Assembly: GCF_037042905.1 (NCBI RefSeq)
Contig: NC_087249.1
Location: 14,012,001-14,076,000, forward strand
Length of the DNA: 64,000 nucleotides
Reading direction: 5' to 3'
From: Lytechinus pictus
Lineage: Eukaryota
This document shows, piece after piece, positions 39,371-50,178 of this stretch. The notes under the pieces are model-generated. The model was not told the origin of the DNA, made no database searches, and saw nothing but the letters and a program-made list of their open reading frames with translations. Numbering within the stretch: position 1 is the stretch's first letter; each line of letters opens with the position of its first letter. A program made the position numbers and the translations under genes.

Positions 39371-39978
39371 TTCTTGTTTACAGGCGAATCCAGCCCAAAC
39401 AAACGTTGTTTTACGAGGAAAATGACAAATCAGACGAGTAGATACATGTATACAGATGAAAATGTGACCAATGTCGAACAGACGAACAACAAAAAAGTTA
39501 TGAATTTTTAAAAGTGGTAAAAATTTGTAATCACTATATACCTATGCATACTTCAAATTGGCCACATTGGTAAGGATTTACAATTCCATTTACTCCAATA
39601 CTATGGATGGCCAAAATGTCATTTTTTCCCCCAAAAAAATAATCTTTTCCCATGAGGACATAAAAGAAAATGAGATATGAAATTAAATATCATCACCCCC
39701 CCCCCCGCCGCCATTAAATTACACCTATCATGCCATGACCTACACAAGACGGATGATTTCGCTTTATCACCCGTGTTGTGCATGATAACTCTTTCGTGAA
39801 AACTAAGAAAAAAAATGTCATAATTTTGTTTAGCTTATATATCCAAATTTGATGTGGTATTTCAATATAATGCTACTTAAGTTTCTTTATCAATTCAAAT
39901 CAAATGTAGTCATGGACTTGACCTAGAAGTGTTGGATTTATCGGATTTTCTTGTTATTTTGAAAAAGGGTAAAATAGC

Positions 39979-40050
39979 AGGGGACACCCGGGTTCGAACC
40001 GGGGACCTCTCGATCTGCAGTCGAATGCTCTACCACTGAGCTATATCCCC
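39979..40050 (-). tRNA. tRNA-Cys(GCA)
   Basis: Consensus 72-nt copy. Confidence 0.95.
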
Positions 40051-40654
40051 TTTTTGTTTACAGGCGAATCCAGCCCAAATAAACGTTGTTTTACGAGGAA
40101 AATGACAAATCAGACGAGTAGATACATGTATATAAGTGATAATGTGACCAATATCTGACAAACAATAAGAAAGTTATACATTTTTAAAAGTGGTAAAAAT
40201 TTGTTATCACTGTTCTTATATGCATACTTCAAATTGGCCACATTGGTAAGGATTTACAATTCCATTTACCCCAATACTATGGATGGCCAAAATGTCATTT
40301 TCCCCCCCAAAACAATCATCTTTTCCCATGAGGACATAAAAGAAAATGAGATATGAAATGAAATATCATCACCCCCCCCCCGCCGCCATTAAATTACACC
40401 TATCATGCCATGACCTACACAAGACGGATGATTTCGCTTTGTCACCCGTGTTGTGCATGATAACTCTTTCGTGAAAAATAAGGGGAAAAAATATCATAAT
40501 TTTTTTTAGCTTATACATCCAAATTTGATGTGGTATTTCAATATAATGCTACTTAGGTTTCTTTATCAATTCAAATCAAATGTCGTGGTGGACTTGACCT
40601 AGAAGTGTTGGATTTATCGGATTTTCTTGTTATTTTGAAAAAGGGTAAAATAGC

Positions 40655-40726
40655 AGGGGATACCCGGGTTCGAACCGGGGACCTCTCGATCTGCAGTCGA
40701 ATGCTCTACCACTGAGCTATATCCCC
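40655..40726 (-). tRNA. tRNA-Cys(GCA)
   Basis: Full copy; same acceptor-stem variant as 39299. Confidence 0.95.
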
Positions 40727-41327
40727 TTTTTGTTTACAGGCGAATCCAGCCCAAATAAACGTTGTTTTACGAGGAAAATGACAAATCAGACGAGTAGATA
40801 CATGTATATAAGTGATAATGTGACCAATATCTGACAAACAATAAGAAAGTTATGAATTTTTAAAAGTGGTAAAAGTTTGTAATCACTATATTCCTATGCA
40901 TACTTCAAATTGGCCACATTTGTAATGATTTACAATTCCATTTACTCCAATACTATGGATGGCCAAAATGTCATTTTCCCCCAAAAAACAATCACCTTTT
41001 CCCATGAGGACATAAAAGAAAATGAGATATGAAATGAAATATCATCACCCCCCCGCCGCCATTAAATTACACCTATCATGCCATGACCTACACAAGACGG
41101 ATGATTTCGCTTTATCACCCGTGTTGTGCATGATAACTCTTTCGTGAAAAATAAGGGGGGAAAATATCATATTTTTTTTTAGCTTATACATCCAAATTTG
41201 ATGTGGTATTTCAATATAATGCTACTTAGGTTTCTTTATCAATTCAAATCAAATGTCGTGGTGGACTTGACCTAGAAGTGTTGGATTTATCGGATTTTCT
41301 TGTTATTTTGAAAAAGGGTAAAATAGC

Positions 41328-41399
41328 AGGGGACACCCGGGTTCGAACCGGGGACCTCTCGATCTGCAGTCGAATGCTCTACCACTGAGCTATATCCCC
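41328..41399 (-). tRNA. tRNA-Cys(GCA)
   Basis: Consensus 72-nt copy. Confidence 0.95.
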
Positions 41400-42011
41400 T
41401 TTTTGTTTACAGGCGAATCCAGCCCAAATAAACGTTGTTTTACGAGGAAAATGACAAATCAGACGAGTAGATACATGTATATAAGTGATAATGTGACCAA
41501 TGTCGGACAATCAATAAGAAAGTTATGAATTTCTAAAAGTGGTAAAAATTTGTTATCACTGTTCTTATATGCATACTTCAAATTGGCCACATTGGTAAGG
41601 ATTTACAATTCCATTTACTCCAATACTCTGGATGGCCAAAAAGTAATTTTTCCCTCAAAAAAAAAAATCATCTTTTCCCATGAGGACATAAAAGAAAATG
41701 ACATATAAAATGAAATATCATCACCCCCCCCCCCCCCCGCCGCCATTAAATTACACCTATCATGCCATGACCTACACAAGACGGATGATTTCGCTTTGTC
41801 ACCCTTGTTGTGCATGATAACTCTTTCGTGAAAAATAAGGGGAAAAAATATCATAATTTTTTTTAGCTTATACATCCAAATTTGATGTGGTATTTCAATA
41901 TAATGCTACTTAAGTTTCTTTATCAATTCAAATCAAATGTAGTGGTGGACTTGACCTAGAAGTGTTGGATTTATCGGATTTTCTTGTTATTTTGGAAAAG
42001 GGTAAAATAGC

Positions 42012-42083
42012 AGGGGACACCCGGGTTCGAAGCGGGGACCTCTCGATCTACAGTCGAATGCTCTACCACTGAGCTATATCCCC
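42012..42083 (-). tRNA. tRNA-Cys-derived gene with GTA (Tyr) anticodon and G53C B-box/T-stem change; possibly a pseudogene
   Basis: Plus strand tcgatcTAcagtcga reads TCGACT-GTA-GATCGA on the tRNA strand; ttcgaaGcgggg gives GCTTCGA in place of GGTTCGA. Confidence 0.8.
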
Positions 42084-42808
42084 TTATACTATGGATTGGG
42101 ACTTGAACTATCTTGCTGCATTGTGTATAAACGGTTTGCTGGAAAACATAGATGATGAAATAACCATGTAATAGGAACCAGGAATCACGTCAAACTATGC
42201 ATTCAATATCAGAAACTTTTTGAGAGCTGGGTAAAGGAAGGCATCATCGCAGAGCAGGAAATAAAAATTCTCACCCACCATCCGGGGGGGGGGGGGGGTG
42301 GGCAGAGTACAAGCATTTAAAACGCTTAAAATATAATCGAAATCGGGTATAAAATTATGACATTTCAAATTTCGCTCAATCTCAAAATCATTTTATGCAC
42401 GACACTGCCAGGCGGGTATGAAAATAATGGTTATGACATCATTTGCTCACTATCTATTTTTTTTTCATTTAAGAAAGATGAAATGGAAGATATAATTTTT
42501 ACGGTTTTCAATCAAAAGTTTCCTTGCTTTCAATTAAAAAATATGTCCATATGATGAAACAGAAAAGAATAGTGAGTGCAATCACTGACTTCTTATTTTG
42601 ACCCATTTTGACATTATTTTATGAAAAAACGATAATTTTGAAACGTCGTAACTTTATTTGACTTTGATGATTTTCTTTTTCTTTCCAGCTTTGTGCGTCT
42701 TTGATTCATCTATATCTATTGAAATCTATTTATTGTTAGTTGGGACCAAAATCTTCACACGAATTTCGAGTCGGATTTTAATGTAATTGAAAAAAAGTAT
42801 ATATTGTC

Positions 42809-42834
42809 AGGGGACACCCGGGTTTGAACCGGGG
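42809..42834 (-). pseudogene. tRNA-Cys 3' fragment (T-arm and acceptor strand only)
   Basis: aggggacacccgggtttgaaccgggg, then an abrupt switch to sequence matching 48428 onward (deletion junction). Confidence 0.8.
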
Positions 42835-43004
42835 CATTGGGGGCAAGTGACCCCTTCCCCCACTCTTCTAGCGCAAAGTCTGTTATTCTAGGAATTCATA
42901 TCGAGGTTGTGTATCGTGTTTATCAATGATGTTTGCTGCGATGTGAAATTTCCTTTGATTCCATCAAATGCTGTCCCTTGTGCCGATGTAAAAAATATGT
43001 GATC

Positions 43005-43072
43005 AGGGGACTCCCGGTTACATGGGACCTCTCGATCTGCAGTCGAATGTTCTACCACTGAACTATATCACC
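43005..43072 (-). pseudogene. tRNA-Cys pseudogene
   Basis: T-arm/B box destroyed (ctcccggttacatgggacc), plus D-arm and acceptor-stem substitutions. Confidence 0.85.
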
Positions 43073-43677
43073 TTCTTGTTTACAGGCAAATCCAGCCCAA
43101 ATAAACGTTGTTTTAAGAGGAAAATGACAAATCAGACGAGTAGATAAATGTATATAAGTGATAATGTGACCAACGTCGGACAAACAATTAGAAAGTTATG
43201 AATTTCTAAAAGTGGTAAAAATTTGTTATCACTGTGTACTTATATGCATATTTCAAATTGGCCACATTGCTAAGGATTTACATTTTCATTTACTCCAATA
43301 CATGAATGGCCAAAATGTCATTTTTTCCACACAAAAAAATCACTTTTCCCATGAGGACATAAAAAAAATGAGGTATAAAATGAAATATCATCACCCCCCC
43401 CCCCCGCCGCCATTAAATTACACTTATCATGCCATGACCTACACAAGACGGATGATTTCGCTTTATCACCCGTGTTGTGCATGATAACTCTTTCGAGAAA
43501 CTAAGAAAAAAAATATCTTAATTTTTTTTTAGCTTATACATCCAAATTTGATGTGGTATTTCAAGATAATGCTACTTAAGTTTCTTTATCAATTCAAATC
43601 AAATGTAGTGGTGGACTTGACCTAGAAGTGTTGGATTTATCGGATTTTCTTGTTATTTTGGAAAAGGGTAAAATAGC

Positions 43678-43749
43678 AGGGGACACCCGGGTTCGAAGCG
43701 GGGACCTCTCGATCTGCAGTCGAATGCTCTACCACTGAGCCATATCCCC
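43678..43749 (-). tRNA. tRNA-Cys(GCA) with G53C and A9G changes, probably impaired
   Basis: Full length; ttcgaaGcgggg and gagcCatatcccc. Confidence 0.75.
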
Positions 43750-44357
43750 TTCTTGATTACAGGCGAATCCAGCCCAAATAAACGTTGTTTTACGAGGAAA
43801 ATGACAAATCAGACGAGTAGATACATATATAAGTGATAATGTGACCAATGTCGGACAAACAATAAGAAAGTTATGAATTTCTAAAAGTGGTAAAAATTTG
43901 TTATCACTGTACTTATATGCATACTTCAAATTGGCCACATTGCTAAGGATTTACATTTCCATTTACTCCAATACATGAATGGCCAAAATGTCATTTTTCC
44001 AAAAAAAAAATCACTTTTCCCATGAGGACATAAAAGAAAATGAGATATGAAATTAAATATCATCACCCCCCCCCCCCCCGCCGCCGCCATTAAATTACAC
44101 CTATCATGCCATGACCTACACAAGACGGATGATTTCGCTTTATCACCCGTGTTGTGCATGATAACTCTTTCGTGAAAACTAAGAAAAAAAATATCATGTT
44201 TTTTTTTTGGCTTATACATCCAAATTTGATGGGGGATTTCAATATAAATGCTACTTAAGTTTCTTTATCAATTCAAACAAATGTAGTGGTGGACTTGACC
44301 TATAGAAGTGTTGGATTTATCGGATTTTCTTGTTATTTTGGAAAAGGGTAAAATTGC

Positions 44358-44429
44358 AGGGGACACCCGGGTTCGAACCGGGGACCTCTCGATCTGCAGT
44401 CGAATGCTCTACCACTGAGCTACATCCCC
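44358..44429 (-). tRNA. tRNA-Cys(GCA), A7G variant
   Basis: Full length; gagctaCatcccc. Confidence 0.9.
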
Positions 44430-45036
44430 TTCTTGTTTACAGGCGAATCCAGCCCAAACAAACGTTGTTTTACGAGGAAAATGACAAATCAGACGAGTAG
44501 ATACATGTATATAAGTGATAATGTGACCAATGTCGGACAAACAATAAGAAAGTTATGAATTTCTAAAAGTGGTAAAAATTTGTTATCACTGTACTTATAT
44601 GCATACTTCAAATTGGCCACATTGCTAAGGATTTACATTTCCATTTACTCCAATACATGAATGGCCAAAATGTCATTTTTCCAAAAAAAAATCACTTTTC
44701 CCATGAGGACATAAAAGAAAATGACATATAAAATGAAATATCATCACCCCCCCCCCCCGCCGCCGCCATTAAATTACACCTATCATGCCATGACCTACAC
44801 AAGACGGATGATTTCGCTTTATCACCCGTGTTGTGCATGATAATTCTTTTGTGAAAACTAAGGGAAAAAATATCATGATTTTTTTTTTGCTTATACATCC
44901 AAATTTGATGGTGGATTTCAATATAATGCTACTTAAGTTTCTTTATCAATTCAAATCAAATGTAGTGGTGGACTTGACCTATAGAAGTGTTGGATTTATC
45001 GGATTTTCTTGTTATTTTGGAAAAGGGTAAAATTGC

Positions 45037-45108
45037 AGGGGACACCCGGGTTCGAACCGGGGACCTCTCGATCTGCAGTCGAATGCTCTACCACTGAGCT
45101 ATATCCCC
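45037..45108 (-). tRNA. tRNA-Cys(GCA)
   Basis: Consensus 72-nt copy. Confidence 0.95.
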
Positions 45109-46021
45109 TTCTTGTTTACAGGCGAATCCAGCCCAAATAAACGTTGTTTTACGAGGAAAATGACAAATCAGACGAGTAGATACATGTATATAAGTGATAA
45201 TGTGACCAATGTCGGACAAACAATAAGAAAGTTATGAATTTCTAAAAGTGGTAAAAATTTGTTATCACTGTACTTATATGCATACTTTCAATTGGCCACA
45301 TTGCTAAGGATTTACATTTCCATTTACTCCAATACATGAATGGCCAAAATGTCATTTTTCCAACAAAAAAAATCACTTTTCCCATGAGGACATAAAAGAA
45401 AATGACATACAGGCGAATCCAGCCCAAATAATCGTTGTTTTACGAGGAAAATGACAAATCAGACGAGTAGATACATGTATACAGATGAAAATGTAACCAA
45501 TATCTGACAAACAATAAGAAAGTTATGAATTTTTAAAAGTGGTAAAAATTTGTTATCACTGTACACCTATATGCATACTTCAAATTGGCCACATTGCTAA
45601 GGATTTACATTTCCATTTACTCCAATACATGAATGGCCAAAATGTCAATTTTCCAAAAAAAAATAACTTTTCCCATGAGGACATAAAAGAAAATGACATA
45701 TAAAATGAAATATCATCACCCCCCCCCCGTCCCATTAAATTACACCTATCATGCCATGACCTACATAAGACAAAATATGATTTCGCTCTATCACCCGTGT
45801 TGTGCACGATAACTCTTTCGTGAAAAATACGGGGGGGGGGGGGAATGTTACAATTTTTGTTTAGCTTATACATCTAAATTTGATGGGGGATTTCAATATA
45901 ATGCTATTTAAGTTTCTTTATCAATTCAAAACAAATGCAGTGGTGGAATTGACCTGTTAGTGTTATTTTGGATTTATTGGATTTTCTTGTTATTTTGGAA
46001 AAGGGTAAAATAGCAATTATC

Positions 46022-46093
46022 AGGGGACACCCGGGTTCGAACCGGGAACCTCTCGATCTGCAGTCGAATGCTCTACCACTGAGCTTTTTACCC
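46022..46093 (-). pseudogene. tRNA-Cys pseudogene with damaged 5' acceptor strand
   Basis: 5' end reads GGGTAAAAAGCTC in place of GGGGATATAGCTC. Confidence 0.8.
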
Positions 46094-46847
46094 TTATACT
46101 ATGGATTGGGACTTGAACTATCTTGCTGCATTGTGTATAAACGGTTTGCTGGAAAACATAGATGATGAAATAACCATGTAATAGGAACCAGGAATCACGC
46201 AAAAATATGCATTCAATATCAGTAACTTTTTGAGAGCTGGGTAAAGGAAGGCATCATCGCAGAGCAGGAAAATAAAATTTCTCACCCACCATCCGGGGGG
46301 GGGGGGGGTGTGGGTAGAGTACAAGCATTTAAAACGCTTAAAATATAATCGAAATCGGGTATAAAATTATGACATTTCAAATTTCGCTCAATCTCAAAAA
46401 CATTTTATGCACGACACTGCCAGGCGGGTATGAAAATAATGGATATGACATAATTTGCTCACAATTTTTTTTTTCATGGAAATGGAAAATATAATTTTTA
46501 CGTTTTTCAATCAAAAGTTTCCTTGCTTTCAATTAAAAAAATGTCCATATGATGAGACAGAAGAGAAAAGTGAGTGCAACCATTGACTTCTTTATTTTTA
46601 CCCATTTTGACGTTATTTTGACAATATTTGGCATAATTTTGACCTTATTTTATGAAAAAAAACGATAATTTTGAAACGTCGTAACTTTATTTGACTTTGA
46701 TGATTTTTTTCCAGTGTTGTGCGTCTCTGATTCATCTCTTATCTATTCAAATCTATTTATTGTTAGTTGGGACCTAAAATCGTCACATGTGATTCCCTAT
46801 AGAGTCGGATTTTAATGTAATAAAAAAAATATGTAAGAGAGATTGTC

Positions 46848-46919
46848 AGGGGACACCCGGGTTCGAACCGGGGACCTCTCGATCTGCAGTCGAATGCTCT
46901 ACCACTGAGCTATATCCCC
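46848..46919 (-). tRNA. tRNA-Cys(GCA)
   Basis: Consensus 72-nt copy with non-680-unit flanks. Confidence 0.95.
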
Positions 46920-48594
46920 TTCATACTTTGTGTAGAGACTTGAACGTTCTTATTGCAATGACCAGAAACGGTTGACTGGAAAACATAGATGACGAAATAA
47001 TCATGTAATATGAACCAGGAATCACGCCTATGTGCATGCAATATGCTCCAAAAACTCCGGTGTTGATTTAACATCAGCCCGGTATCTATACTATGTCCAC
47101 ACCAGAGAAGTATTGAAACAACACCAGTTCAGAGGCGGTGGGGCGAAGTTGAAACTGGGGGAGGGCAGAGAAAAGGGACACTATCTTTAAAAAAATTAAA
47201 AAAAATTGCGTATCCATCCCACTCAAATTTCATGAAACTTACAGCATATGGGACCAGGGGCGGTGGAATTTATTCCTGGGGGGGGGGGGCAAAGCTGAAA
47301 AGAAAGAGACGATAAGTCAAAAGGGGAATTAGGCGCAATGTTTTTCACCATCAGATTACGTTTCTTCCTGGAGTGGATGTTGATTTCGTGCATGGTAATG
47401 CAAAATTTAGCAAACCTTTTTAAGGGGATTTCTGCTGTAAATGTAAAGCTTTTCAAGATTCAATAAATTTATTTTATTTCCATCACAGATATTATCAAAT
47501 ATGCCTTGTACAAAACAATGTCAAATGTATGAAATAAGAGGATCCACTATGAAGCTCTGTTTGTAGAGAGTGGACCCCCTATAGCATATGAATTAACAAT
47601 TAAAGAAAATTTATTCACATCATAATAGCCTACAGTTATAGGGTTAGGATTAAAAATAGGATTAGATTCTATTCCGCGAGCGAGCAGATTTGAAACATAT
47701 TGTAAGTCGAATAAAAATTGTTTCATGGTCTATTCTGGTGCTATTAGTGTGTTTTTGTAGTGTATTTAAAAAATGTAGAAAATTCCTTCCTTCGATTTAT
47801 TTCAGAAATGATGTTGTTTGTGGAAGAGAAAGTGAAGTTCCTTCACGAAATGCACTCTTTTTTTGGAATGAAGAAGAAAAAAAAACCAGGGCAACATTAT
47901 TGCGGAAAAAAAGTTGGAAAGGCGGCAGACTAAATACCCTATTTTTATATAAACCATTTCTTGAATTTAATTTACCCAGTAATTTCTACTCTGAACTGTA
48001 TTTATATAGCAGTGCCCATTCAAGGGCAAATAAGGGGAAATTATGATAATAAAAAAATATATATTCCACAATACATGAAATACGTAACAAAATAAAAGAA
48101 AATCAACTTCTTCCTCCTCATGGTACTGCAGTCAAACTTCACAAGCTGTGAAAACGCGATAAAATTGCTGCAGGAGTGTGCGGCTATTGATGAATTAACA
48201 TTAGTAATGTGCCCCCCCCCCCCCCCATTTGAATCTTGCCGTCTTAAAACTATCAACCGAATAGCTTCACGTGTGTCTATTGGACACCATAGGAGATTTC
48301 ATTCTGCCATAGTCCTTGAAAGGAAAGAGTATTCGAAGCAGTCCTCTTTTGTTGTTGGGATTAACATGCGCAGATTAAAAATGAATTGTTACCTTACAAA
48401 GGGATTTGTATTCCCATGGGGAATTCAGGGCAAGTGACCCCTTCCCCCACTCTCCTCGCGCAAAGTCTGTTATTTGAGGAATTTATATCGAGGTGCTTTA
48501 TCGTGTTTATCAATTAACGATGTTCGCTGCGATATGAAATTTCCTTTGATTTCATCAATTGCTGTCCCTTTTGCCGATGTAAAAAATTCTGATC

Positions 48595-48666
48595 AGGGGA
48601 CACCCGGGTTTGAACCGGGGACCTCTCGATCTGCAGTCGAATGCTCTACCACTGAGCTATATCCCC
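48595..48666 (-). tRNA. tRNA-Cys(GCA)
   Basis: Full copy; TTCAAA T-loop variant as at 33549. Confidence 0.95.
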
Positions 48667-49502
48667 TTCGTGCCTTCTCATGGGTAGCACAGAACCTAGG
48701 TTCTTTACAGCAATGGATAGAAACAGATGGTTGAGCACAACTGACGCAACCAGCGTGTAAACACAAATAAGAGCCACGCCCACTTATCTGTCGACCTATT
48801 CAGGAAATGCGTACAATATATATACCCGTACCTTTCTCCGTACTCAGTCAGAGTGCAGTGCAGTGGTGATTCCTTTATTATTTTTAATCATGCAGATCCA
48901 GTAGCAGTATAGCGCCCGCCTCGGTCAATGTTATGCATAGAAATATCTAGGCATATTCTAACTGGAATATCTCTATGATGTTATGCAAATAGATTGGAAG
49001 ATTCGTGTTTATATTTCCATGGCATGACAGGCCAGGTTAAACTTGAAAATAGAAATGCTCTATTAGAAATGTAGACCACATTTTTTTTTCTTGACAAACT
49101 CTCGGGTATTGAGGAATAATATTGATCCACATATGTCAACAGTTTTTGTCGACGAGGAACATATTCATTCAAGTGAAAGGGCTAATTGTCCCTTTAGTTG
49201 CAATTAGACTTTCGTTTAATATTTGAAATATTGAAATGGGAAAAAAAGAAAAAAGGAAGAAATCACATATAGACTGACTGAAAAGAAGAATTTTATACAG
49301 GCCTACAATCCTACAATATGCATGTAGAACTAATTCTCTTTTACACCTCATTGATAAGATAAGAGATCCCCTACGCGTCCTAGAGCAGTTCATTTTGGGG
49401 TCCCCGCCCCCCCCCCCCCATATATGCACCTTCCCGAATTATATAGCAGACTGAAATGCCACCGTGCTAAATTTTGTAGGCTTTCATTATTGTAGTGGGC
49501 CC

Positions 49503-49734
49503 GTAGTAGTAGTAGTAGAAGTAGTACGTATTAGTNNNNNNNNNNNNNNNNNNNNNNNNNNNNNNNNNNNNNNNNNNNNNNNNNNNNNNNNNNNNNNNNN
49601 NNNNNNNNNNNNNNNNNNNNNNNNNNNNNNNNNNNNNNNNNNNNNNNNNNNNNNNNNNNNNNNNNNNGTAGTATACGTTGTCATCATAATTTACTACATT
49701 ATCATCATCATCATTATTATTATTATTATTATTA

Positions 49735-49773
<39 letters not shown>

Positions 49774-49845
49774 CGGAGTAGTAGTACTTAGTATAGTATT
49801 ATCATTATTATTATTTAAATTTTTGTAGCATAGTATAGTAGTAGT
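49503..49845. repeat. (TAG)n/(TAT)n/(CAT)n microsatellite spanning an assembly gap (N 49536-49667)
   Basis: Read directly from the sequence. Confidence 0.9.
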
Positions 49846-50019
49846 ATTTTTATTGTCATTCAACATAACATCATCTGCAGAGTGTTCTCATAAAGTCATA
49901 TTCACACGAAAAAGTCCAATCCATAAATTTAGGAGTTTTGATAGGCGTGGTTATTTTGTTTGAATGGGAACAACGCACGATCTGGGACATGCTCTATCGA
50001 CGCACGACAAAACAATAAA

Positions 50020-50178
50020 ACCCGTGACGTGATGACAGACGGTCGATCACATGATAGGCATAGCAATCACGTGATTTTCAGCTATCTAGCTCGAGTCGTG
50101 TCTGTTGAATTTCTACTACGGCTACGCTCAAAAACGGGATACAGTTCCATAATTCTGACAAGTCAACAACCTAATTCG
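50020..50178 (+). promoter_or_regulatory. Putative hexosaminidase promoter and non-coding first exon with CLEAR/E-box motifs
   Basis: GTGACGTGA 50024-50032, TCACATGA 50047-50054, TCACGTGA 50067-50074, followed by a strong donor CG|GTGAGT at 50179. The first coding exon has an acceptor at 53496 just before its ATG, so an upstream UTR exon is expected. Confidence 0.65.

Larger units (their letters stand above)
37180..46020. repeat. Tandem array of ~680-bp tDNA-Cys units (blocks ~37180-42083 and ~43005-46020)
   Basis: tRNA start spacings are 688, 680, 680, 680, 676, 673, 684 in the first block and 673, 680, 679, 985 in the second. Spacers are near-identical with a variable poly-C tract. The last unit has an internal ~300-bp re-duplication starting at ~45409. 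Confidence 0.95.

Noticed and set aside
37486-45873. Recurrent short ORFs (MHNTGDKAKSSVLCRSWHDRCNLMAAGGG..) in the array spacers
   Set aside because: Frames shift with poly-C and poly-A length between units, and starts and stops are not conserved; they are by-products of the tandem repeat.
37251-46093. Regularly spaced 72-nt repeats resembling a CRISPR array
   Set aside because: The repeats are tRNA genes, the spacers are ~610 bp and near-identical to each other, the context is eukaryotic and there are no cas genes.
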